The notes beneath the pieces are model-generated. The model was not told the DNA's origin, searched no databases, and worked only from the letters and a program-made list of their open reading frames with translations. From assembly GCA_910583945.1 (NCBI GenBank), contig CAJTYF010000005.1:1402-65401 (forward strand): 64,000 nt of DNA, given 5' to 3'. A program made the translations under genes and the position numbers. Numbering within the stretch: position 1 is the stretch's first letter; each line of letters opens with the position of its first letter. Shown here one piece after another: positions 57,070 to 64,000 of the stretch. The DNA is from an uncultured Bacilli bacterium (GTDB lineage Bacteria; Bacillota_I; Bacilli_A; RF39; UBA660).

Positions 57070-57958
57070 AATTGAATCTTTTTTAAATGATTTAAGCGTT
57101 GAAAAGAATTATAGTGAAGCTACTATTAAAACGTATCGAAATGAGCTTTATAAATATCAAGAATATATTGAATGGAAAAAGATAGATTATCGTTTAGTTA
57201 ACAAAGAGGTTGTCAGAGATTATTTAAAGTATCTCGATAAACTGAATTATAAAAATCGAAGTATTTCCACTAATATTAGTGCTATTCGAAGTTTTTATGG
57301 TTATTTGGTCATTCACCAAGTTTTAAGTAAAAATATTTTTAATGGGATTCGTAATCCTAAACTAGAAAAAACGCTTCCTAATTTTTTAAGTGAAATTGAT
57401 GTTTCAAAGATTTTGGAGTTTTCTTCACTGCCTAATTATAAAAAAAGTATTTATACGACTCGGGATGAGTTGATTTTAAATTTGCTTTATGATACGGGAT
57501 GTCGTGGTCAAGAATTGGTTTCTATTTGTTTAAAGGATATTGATTTTAAAGAGAAAAGTATTAAAGTTTTAGGAAAAGGGAGTAAAGAAAGAATTGTGTT
57601 TTATGGTGAAAATACCGAAGACGTTTTAAATTGTTATTTAAAGGATAGAGCGACTTTGTTAGGGGAAAAAAATTCGAAGTATTTATTGGTTACGAAAGAA
57701 AGTGGACGGATGACTTCTAGAAGGGTGGCTCAAATTATCGATGAGATTGTTTTATTGGTGGCAGTAAGGCATCATGTAACGCCCCATACGCTTAGACATA
57801 CTTTTGCCACCCATCTTTTAAATAACGGAGCGGATTTAAGAAGTGTCCAAACCTTACTTGGTCATTCTAGTCTTGGGACGACTCAAATTTATACACATGT
57901 TTCAAATGAAAGATTACGGAGTGCGTATTTGAAAGCTCATTTGGATCATAGAAAGTAG
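57059..57958 (+). CDS. tyrosine site-specific recombinase, XerC/XerD-like
   Basis: N-terminal SAM-like core-binding domain ('YSEATIKTYRNELYKY'). Catalytic 'R...HTLRHTFATHLLNNGADLRSVQTLLGHSSLGTTQIYTHV' with R-H-R-H-Y residues. Confidence 0.85.
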   Translation: MEDKIESFLNDLSVEKNYSEATIKTYRNELYKYQEYIEWKKIDYRLVNKEVVRDYLKYLDKLNYKNRSISTNISAIRSFYGYLVIHQVLSKNIFNGIRNPKLEKTLPNFLSEIDVSKILEFSSLPNYKKSIYTTRDELILNLLYDTGCRGQELVSICLKDIDFKEKSIKVLGKGSKERIVFYGENTEDVLNCYLKDRATLLGEKNSKYLLVTKESGRMTSRRVAQIIDEIVLLVAVRHHVTPHTLRHTFATHLLNNGADLRSVQTLLGHSSLGTTQIYTHVSNERLRSAYLKAHLDHRK

Positions 57959-58015
57959 TTGAAACTTTTTTATCTTTTGTGATATAGTAATAAAATTGAA
58001 AAGAGTTGATTTAAA

Positions 58016-58138
58016 ATGTATACAATTGTAAATGAAAAAGGTATTAATAGTGATGGTAAAATGACTTATGATATTTTTGGTGTTGGTTTGGCGAATACTT
58101 CTGATGGAAAACTTGATTTTGATTTGATAAAAGCATAA
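58016..58138 (+). CDS. candidate 40-aa small ORF coupled to the next gene (not in the ORF track)
   Basis: 'MYTIVNEKGINSDGKMTYDIFGVGLANTSDGKLDFDLIKA'. Its stop lies 3 nt before the ATG at 58142. The RBS is weak. Confidence 0.3.
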   Translation: MYTIVNEKGINSDGKMTYDIFGVGLANTSDGKLDFDLIKA

Positions 58139-58141
58139 TTA

Positions 58142-58714
58142 ATGCAATTTAAAAAGAACATGTCTTATATTAGCACAGCTGATTACGCTCTTATAAGAAT
58201 GCTTAATGATAGTGACAAAAAAAGCGTTTTTTCTAATTCTTCAACGATGGTCTTTTTTAAAGGAATGGAAAGTCAGATAGACTTATCTCGTCTTATTAAT
58301 CGAGATAAAAATTATCTTTACTGGAGTCGTTTTATTACTTTATTTTATTTAGAAAAAAAATATCCTCATTTTTTAGAAATGGCAAAAAAATGTTTTGATT
58401 TTTCAAAGGAATCCAATTTTTCAGTATCTTCTGATTTTCTTTATTTGCTTAAAATGACACAGGCTTTAAATTTGCGAATCATAAAAAAAACACAAGTAAA
58501 AGAAATGGTGACATCCGAAGATTCATCAATGAAAATAGATTGGGTCTCTTTGTTTCTTCCTATTTTTAGGGCTAATATATTGTCTTTGATGCTTTTAACT
58601 GGAGAGACTCATTATTATAGTGAAGGATTCAACAAAACTCCAATTATTATCGATGGAGAGAAAAGCGAGATTTTAGATTCCTATCAGTTTAAAAGAACTT
58701 TAAATAAAAAATAA
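58142..58714 (+). CDS. hypothetical protein
   Basis: 190-aa ORF. No family recognised. Confidence 0.45.
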   Translation: MQFKKNMSYISTADYALIRMLNDSDKKSVFSNSSTMVFFKGMESQIDLSRLINRDKNYLYWSRFITLFYLEKKYPHFLEMAKKCFDFSKESNFSVSSDFLYLLKMTQALNLRIIKKTQVKEMVTSEDSSMKIDWVSLFLPIFRANILSLMLLTGETHYYSEGFNKTPIIIDGEKSEILDSYQFKRTLNKK

Positions 58715-58812
58715 TCATTTAATTGTCTATTTTTTGTCAAAAACACGGTGTTGGGTTTACGTGTTTTTTTTTCGTTGTTATAATGATTTTAGATAATATA
58801 GGAGGATTTTTT

Positions 58813-61443
58813 ATGGCAAAGTATGTTTATTTGTTTCGTGAAGGCAATAAAAATATGAAAGATTTGTTAGGAGGAAAAGGAGCGAATTTAGCTGAGATGA
58901 TTAGTATTGGGTTACCTGTTCCTCAAGGTTTTACCGTAACAACTGAAGCGTGTAATGATTATTATGCTAATCAAGAGGTTATTAGAGAAGAAATTAAGAC
59001 TGAAATTATTCAGCAATTAAAGGAATTAGAACGTATTACAGGAAAAGTTTTAGGAAATAAGGAAAATCCGCTTTTGGTGAGTGTTCGAAGTGGAGCACGA
59101 GCTAGCATGCCAGGTATGATGGATACTGTTCTTAATTTAGGATTAAATGATGAAGTAGCGGAAGGTTTTTCTAAAATAACGAATAATAAAAGATTTGTTT
59201 ATGATTCTTATAGAAGATTTATTCAAATGTTTGCGGATGTTGTAAAAGGTTATCCAAAAAGTTCTTTTGAAAGATATTTAGATGATTTCAAAAAGAAAAA
59301 AGGTGTTTCTTACGATATAGAATTAACCGAAGATGATATGATTGTTTTGACGAGTGATTTTAAAAAAATTTATAAAGATTTGGCTGGAGTTGATTTTCCA
59401 AGTGATCCAATTGAACAATTGATTGATGCTATCACAGCTGTTTTTAGAAGCTGGAATAATGAAAGAGCCATTTATTATCGAAGAATGAATGATATCCCAG
59501 CGGATTGGGGAACGGCTGTGAATGTTCAAGAAATGGTTTATGGAAATCGTGGAGAAAATTCTGGAACAGGGGTAGCTTTTACTCGAAATCCCGCAACAGG
59601 AGAAAATGAGCTTTATGGAGAATATTTAATGAATGCTCAAGGCGAAGATGTTGTGGCGGGCATTCGTACCCCAGAACCCATTGATAAGCTTAAAGAAGAA
59701 ATGCCACAAGTCTATCAAGAGTTTTTACAGTATGCTAAAGTATTAGAAAATCATTATAAAGATATGCAAGATATGGAATTTACGATTGAAAATGGGAAAC
59801 TTTATATGTTGCAAACTCGAAATGGAAAAAGAACGGCGACAGCAGCTATTAAAATAGCGGTTTCATTAGTTCAAGAAGGTATGATTCGTGAAAGCGAAGC
59901 TTTATTAAAAGTGGAACCTAAGCAATTGGATGCTTTACTTCATCCAACTTTTAGTGAAGAAGCATTAAAAAATGGCAAAGTTTTAGCTAATGGTTTGGCA
60001 GCAAGTCCAGGAGCTGGAGCGGGTAAAATTTATTTTAATGCTCAAGATGTGATTGCCCATCATAAAAATGGTGAAAAGACGATTTTAGTTCGTTTGGAAA
60101 CGAGTCCTGAAGATATTGAAGGGATGAATCATGCTGAAGGTATTTTAACAATACGTGGTGGGATGACTTCTCATGCAGCAGTGGTTGCTAGAGGTATGGG
60201 AAGATGTTGTGTTAGTGGTTGTGGAGATTTAGTTTTAGATGAAATAAACAAAACAATTACTACGCGTGAAGGTATTATTTTACATGAGGGCGATGAGATT
60301 TCTTTAGACGGAAGTACTGGTAAGATTTATTTAGGTGTTTTAGAGAGTGTTGCTCCTTCTATAAGTGGAGATTTTAAAACTTTTATGGATTGGGCGGATC
60401 AAACAAGACGTTTAAAGATTAGATGTAATGCCGATACACCAAAAGATGCTACCATTGCTCGTGAATTTGGAGCGGAAGGTATTGGGCTCGTTCGAACAGA
60501 ACATATGTTTTTTGAAAGTGAACGAATTTTTAATTTTCGAAAAATGATTGTTAGTGAATCAAAAGAAGAAAGGGAGAAAATGTTAGAGGCTATTTTACCT
60601 TATCAAAGAAGTGATTTTGAAGCTTTGTTTAAGGTTATGGCCCCTTATCCTGTTGTGATTCGTTATTTAGATCCTCCTTTACATGAATTTTTACCTAAAG
60701 AGAGAAATGAAATTGAGGCTTTAGCACATAGTTTAAATCTTACTTATGAGGTGTTACAAAAAAGAATTGATGCTTTAAAAGAATTTAATCCTATGATGGG
60801 ACATAGAGGGTGTCGTCTGGCTGTTACTTATCCTGAAATTGCTAAAATGCAAACTCAAGCGGTTATTGAAGCGGCTATTCAAGTGAATCAAAATGGTTTA
60901 AATGTGGTACCAGAAATTATGATTCCTTTAACTTGCGATATTAAAGAATATAAATATGTAAAAGATATTGTTGTAAAGACCGCTGAGGTCATTATTCAAA
61001 ATTCTGGAGTCGATTTAAAGTATCAAGTGGGGACCATGATTGAACTTCCAAGAGCTACGATTATTGCGGATGAAATTGCTAAAGATGCGGAATTCTTTTC
61101 TTTCGGCTCAAACGATTTAACTCAAATGATTTATGGATTTTCAAGAGATGATGCGGGTAAGTTTTTAGAAGATTATTATAAAAAAGGTTTATTTGAAAGT
61201 GATCCGTTTGCAAGAATAGATGAAATTGGTGTTGGAAGTATGATTAAAATGGCTATTGAAAAAGGAAAAAGCGTTCGAGAAAATCTTGAATTGGGTATTT
61301 GCGGTGAACACGGTGGAGATCCGGCTAGTATAGCTTTTTGTAATAAAATTGGACTTGACTATGTTTCTTGCTCGCCTTTTAGAGTACCAGTTGCCCGTCT
61401 TGCGGCGGCACAAGCGTCCATAAAGGCAAACCAATCAAAATAG
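58813..61443 (+). CDS. ppdK: pyruvate, phosphate dikinase
   Basis: 'LLGGKGANLAEM', phosphohistidine loop 'GGMTSHAAVVARGMG', and PEP-utilising C-domain 'GSNDLTQ'. ATG at 58813 after a 'ggagga' RBS. Confidence 0.95.
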   Translation: MAKYVYLFREGNKNMKDLLGGKGANLAEMISIGLPVPQGFTVTTEACNDYYANQEVIREEIKTEIIQQLKELERITGKVLGNKENPLLVSVRSGARASMPGMMDTVLNLGLNDEVAEGFSKITNNKRFVYDSYRRFIQMFADVVKGYPKSSFERYLDDFKKKKGVSYDIELTEDDMIVLTSDFKKIYKDLAGVDFPSDPIEQLIDAITAVFRSWNNERAIYYRRMNDIPADWGTAVNVQEMVYGNRGENSGTGVAFTRNPATGENELYGEYLMNAQGEDVVAGIRTPEPIDKLKEEMPQVYQEFLQYAKVLENHYKDMQDMEFTIENGKLYMLQTRNGKRTATAAIKIAVSLVQEGMIRESEALLKVEPKQLDALLHPTFSEEALKNGKVLANGLAASPGAGAGKIYFNAQDVIAHHKNGEKTILVRLETSPEDIEGMNHAEGILTIRGGMTSHAAVVARGMGRCCVSGCGDLVLDEINKTITTREGIILHEGDEISLDGSTGKIYLGVLESVAPSISGDFKTFMDWADQTRRLKIRCNADTPKDATIAREFGAEGIGLVRTEHMFFESERIFNFRKMIVSESKEEREKMLEAILPYQRSDFEALFKVMAPYPVVIRYLDPPLHEFLPKERNEIEALAHSLNLTYEVLQKRIDALKEFNPMMGHRGCRLAVTYPEIAKMQTQAVIEAAIQVNQNGLNVVPEIMIPLTCDIKEYKYVKDIVVKTAEVIIQNSGVDLKYQVGTMIELPRATIIADEIAKDAEFFSFGSNDLTQMIYGFSRDDAGKFLEDYYKKGLFESDPFARIDEIGVGSMIKMAIEKGKSVRENLELGICGEHGGDPASIAFCNKIGLDYVSCSPFRVPVARLAAAQASIKANQSK

Positions 61444-61758
61444 AAAATGATTATGATTTGTTTTTATGCTAGTTTTAACAAAAATTGGATTAATATCAAT
61501 ATAAGTATAATGTAAAGCCAGAATATGATATAATTAATTTGGATGTAATATAATCAGCTATCAAAGTTTAATTTATATATAATTTGCCACCCAAAACAGT
61601 AGTACAAGCCTCAATACGCGAAAGTGTGGACAAATAGTCCGTAGTAGAGAGTTACTTGACATTGATAATAGTAATAACTAAATTATAATTGAATATACTA
61701 TAAATTTATACTAATTGGCATTTTCAGAAAAGGATAGTTTCTTGCATAAAAAATGTTT

Positions 61759-61791
61759 GAAAACTCTATCAATTGGTAGAGTTTTCTTTTT
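61759..61791 (+). terminator. strong rho-independent terminator about 315 nt downstream of the ppdK stop
   Basis: gaaaactcta-tcaattgg-tagagttttc (10-bp stem) followed by tttttc. Confidence 0.7.
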
Positions 61792-61904
61792 CTTTATGAT
61801 AAGATTGTCTCAGGAGTTGATAATATGCAAGTACAAACTGGATTTATTTATCATATTAATATAGACAAAATTAAAGAAAAAATGTTAAAAGATAGGTGAT
61901 AATT

Positions 61905-62543
61905 ATGGCTTTTGATTTTAAAAAAGAATATAGGGAATATTATATGCCAAAGAATAAACCAAGTATTATAAAAATACCTAAAATGAATTATATTGCAGTT
62001 AGAGGTAAAGGTGATCCAAATGAAGAAAATGGGGATTATAAAAATACAATAAGTTTATTATATGGCGTAGCGTATACAATAAAAATGAGTTATAAAGGCA
62101 TGCATAAAATAGATGGTTTCTTTAATTATGTCGTTCCACCACTTGAGGGCTTTTGGTGGCAAAATGGCATGAATGGAACTATTGATTATAATAATAAAGA
62201 TGCCATGCATTTTATATCTGTTATTCGATTACCAGACTTTGTAACAAAGAGCGATTTTGATTGGGCTATAGAGGAAGCAACTAAAAAGAAAAAAACAGAT
62301 TTTTCAAGAGTAGAGTTTATTACTTATGATGAGGGGATATGTGTTCAATGTATGCACTTAGGTTCTTATGATGATGAGCCCATGACGGTCGATTTAATGC
62401 ACGATTTTGCAAAAGAAAATGGTTATAGAATTGATATAACTGATACAAGATTACACCATGAAATATATTTAAGTGATCCAAGAAAATGTGATGTGAGTAA
62501 ATTAAAGACAGTTATAAGACATCCAGTTAAGAAGATTAAGTAG
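61905..62543 (+). CDS. GyrI-like small-molecule-binding domain protein
   Basis: 'FDFKKEYREYYMPKNKPSIIKIPKMNYIAVRGKGDPN' and 'PPLEGFWWQ' match the widespread Firmicute GyrI-like family. ATG at 61905. Confidence 0.7.
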   Translation: MAFDFKKEYREYYMPKNKPSIIKIPKMNYIAVRGKGDPNEENGDYKNTISLLYGVAYTIKMSYKGMHKIDGFFNYVVPPLEGFWWQNGMNGTIDYNNKDAMHFISVIRLPDFVTKSDFDWAIEEATKKKKTDFSRVEFITYDEGICVQCMHLGSYDDEPMTVDLMHDFAKENGYRIDITDTRLHHEIYLSDPRKCDVSKLKTVIRHPVKKIK

Positions 62544-62734
62544 TTTATTGTTTTAAAGAAACATTTTATAGTTTTCGTGATTTAAAGCTTACAAATTATA
62601 TGAAAATAAACAGAGAGAATGTTAGCAATAAACTTGCTTTTTTTCTTTGTTTTATTTGATAGAAAAGGTGAAAATTAAAGTTGGTTCGCATACATTTTTA
62701 ATGATTCTTTTAAAATAAATGAGGAGGGATTTAT

Positions 62735-63262
62735 ATAGTTTACAAATGGGTCTATAAAACTCCAGAAGGACTAGATGATCTGTTAATGATTAGTGATGGA
62801 GAGTATTTGACAGGATTATGGTTTATTAATTCAAAAGATGCTTCTAAACATATTACTGATTGCGAAGAAAAAAACTTGCCAATATTTAAAGAAACAAACC
62901 AATGGTTAGATATTTATTTTAGCGGTAAGAATCCAAATTTTATTCCTAAATATAAAATTATAAATTTAACTCCGTTTAGACAGGAAGTCATAGATATAAT
63001 GAACTCTATTCCTTATGGTAAAACTTTAACTTATAATGATATATCAAAGATTATAGCTAAAAATAGAGGCATTGAAAAAATGTCTAGTCAAGCCGTTGGA
63101 GGAGCTGTAGGAGCAAATCCTATTTGTATTATTATTCCTTGTCATCGAGTTGTTGGGATAAATGGAAATTTAACAGGCTATGGTGGTGGGATAAAAAATA
63201 AAGTTGCGCTTTTAACTCATGAACACAATGATATGAAAAATTTCTTTGTTTCTAAAAAATAG
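62735..63262 (+). CDS. ogt: methylated-DNA--protein-cysteine methyltransferase (Ogt/MGMT); start probably non-ATG, upstream of the track call
   Basis: Active site 'IIIPCHRVVG', helix-turn-helix 'GKTLTYNDISKII' and 'YGGGI..K..LL'. The conserved N-terminal strand 'YKTPEGLDDLLMISDGEYLTGLWF' lies upstream of the ATG at 62786. Confidence 0.85.
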   Translation: MVYKWVYKTPEGLDDLLMISDGEYLTGLWFINSKDASKHITDCEEKNLPIFKETNQWLDIYFSGKNPNFIPKYKIINLTPFRQEVIDIMNSIPYGKTLTYNDISKIIAKNRGIEKMSSQAVGGAVGANPICIIIPCHRVVGINGNLTGYGGGIKNKVALLTHEHNDMKNFFVSKK

Positions 63263-63849
63263 GATTGGAATGTTTTAGATGTATTTTAAATAAAAGGAAA
63301 ATATTTAGAATAGGTTATAAAAAGTTTGATCTTGTAAAGTTATCATTTTTACAATTTTTAGATGGCTTAACTAGCCATTGCTAACGGGTTATTGATAATA
63401 AAGTAGTTCTTGAAGGAGAAGTATTTTATATAAGATAAACGAAATTTTGGAAAATATATTGTTGAAAAAAGAAAAGGTCTATCATTTTCTAATTCTATAC
63501 ACCAATGTAAAAGATTTTGATTTAACATTTGGATATAAGCAAAATGTACAAGAATTAGATTTATCTAATTTTAGAATATCTGTTAAAAGTGATTAAGAAA
63601 AGGGACAATTGCAAGTAATTGGAATAGGAGAATTAAAAGATAAAAATATAGTGGTCGAAAAATTATAATATTAATTTCAGCCATAAATTACAAGTTTAGG
63701 CTTTGTAAAGTTTCTTTTAATTTTAACTATTAGTATATAGCTTTTATTTACTATTCATGTTGTGGATATGCTGTTACTTCTTTTAAAATGAATTATTAGT
63801 TTATTTGGGATGTTGCTTTATTAAATAGAATATGGAGGAATTTGATTTT

Positions 63850-64000
63850 ATGTCAAGAGAAATAAAAAATAAAGAATTAGAAAATACAAGATTAGCTACT
63901 CGTTATGGTGGTTGGATGTATTGCAATCAATGCGAAGAAAATATAGGGTATTTGTGTTATTCTACTTATGATTGTTTAGAATTAAAATATAAATGTAATT
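63850..64000 (+). CDS. partial Cys-rich ORF running off the window end
   Basis: ATG at 63850, 11 nt after 'ggagg'. 'MSREIKNKELENTRLATRYGGWMYCNQCEENIGYLCYSTYDCLELKYKCN...' suggests a zinc-ribbon-like protein. 3'-truncated. Confidence 0.35.
   Translation, partial: MSREIKNKELENTRLATRYGGWMYCNQCEENIGYLCYSTYDCLELKYKCN

Noticed and set aside
57059-57958. Tyrosine recombinase considered as the integrase of an integrated mobile element
   Set aside because: It has the length and motifs of chromosomal XerC/XerD. No flanking direct repeats, tRNA gene, excisionase or cargo genes were recognisable. This stays unresolved, but nothing supports it.
46220-61434. Antisense or nested ORFs in the track inside hrcA, grpE, dnaK, dnaJ and ppdK (e.g. 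46220-46495, 47288-47530, 49298-49582, 51771-52109, 52001-52201, 52371-52577, 59323-59529, 61189-61434)
   Set aside because: All lie within highly conserved genes whose frames are unambiguous. Their compositions are low-complexity mirror images of the sense frame.
1-64000. Alternative genetic code (TGA=Trp) suggested by the very low GC content
   Set aside because: Conserved genes terminate at TGA with correct full lengths (e.g. rimM, hrcA, the RT), and no conserved protein needs read-through.
1-64000. Search for tRNA, rRNA, tmRNA or T-box/riboswitch leaders in GC-richer intergenic patches (e.g. 23380-23460, 31640-31765, 61585-61660)
   Set aside because: No T-loop (GGTTCGAATCC-like) or other diagnostic consensus was seen by eye. 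This cannot be excluded without covariance-model scans.

Overview
AT-rich (about 30% GC by eye) chromosomal segment of a low-GC Gram-positive bacterium (Bacillota). The gene order is Bacillus/Clostridium/Erysipelotrichia-like: rimM-trmD, rpsU-yqeY-yqfC-yqfD...ybeY-dgkA-era-yqzL-recO, and hrcA-grpE-dnaK-dnaJ-mtaB. The sporulation genes yqfC and yqfD are present. TGA is a stop codon (rimM ends ATGA into trmD), so this is not a Mollicute code. Nearly all genes are on the + strand. Layout: (i) 1-4.2 kb, housekeeping (DUF45 hydrolase, TrmH-family methyltransferase, rimM, trmD). (ii) 4.2-17.2 kb, a Wzx/Wzy-type exopolysaccharide locus with a tandemly duplicated CpsC-CpsD-CpsB tyrosine-kinase module. 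(iii) 17.4-26.5 kb, a rearranged division/cell-wall cluster (ftsW inverted, PBP2B, mraY, murG, divIB), then queH. (iv) 27.3-31.6 kb, the stand-out: a complete diversity-generating retroelement (DGR). It comprises a membrane-anchored target gene with a 3' variable repeat, an Avd-like gene, three tandem template-repeat cassettes instead of the usual one, a DGR-type reverse transcriptase, and a translationally coupled MutS-domain-I-only ORF. The adenine-specific TR-to-VR mismatch pattern is directly visible. (v) 31.8-64 kb, core genes: rpsB (with a Rho_N-like tail), tsf, frr, rpsU, era, recO, DUF368, LemA/DUF2207, a heat-shock operon with two inserted genes, mtaB, a Xer-type recombinase, ppdK, a GyrI-like protein and ogt. 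No rRNA, tRNA, CRISPR array or transposase was recognised. All calls come from reading the sequence and the ORF translations; no database search was run.
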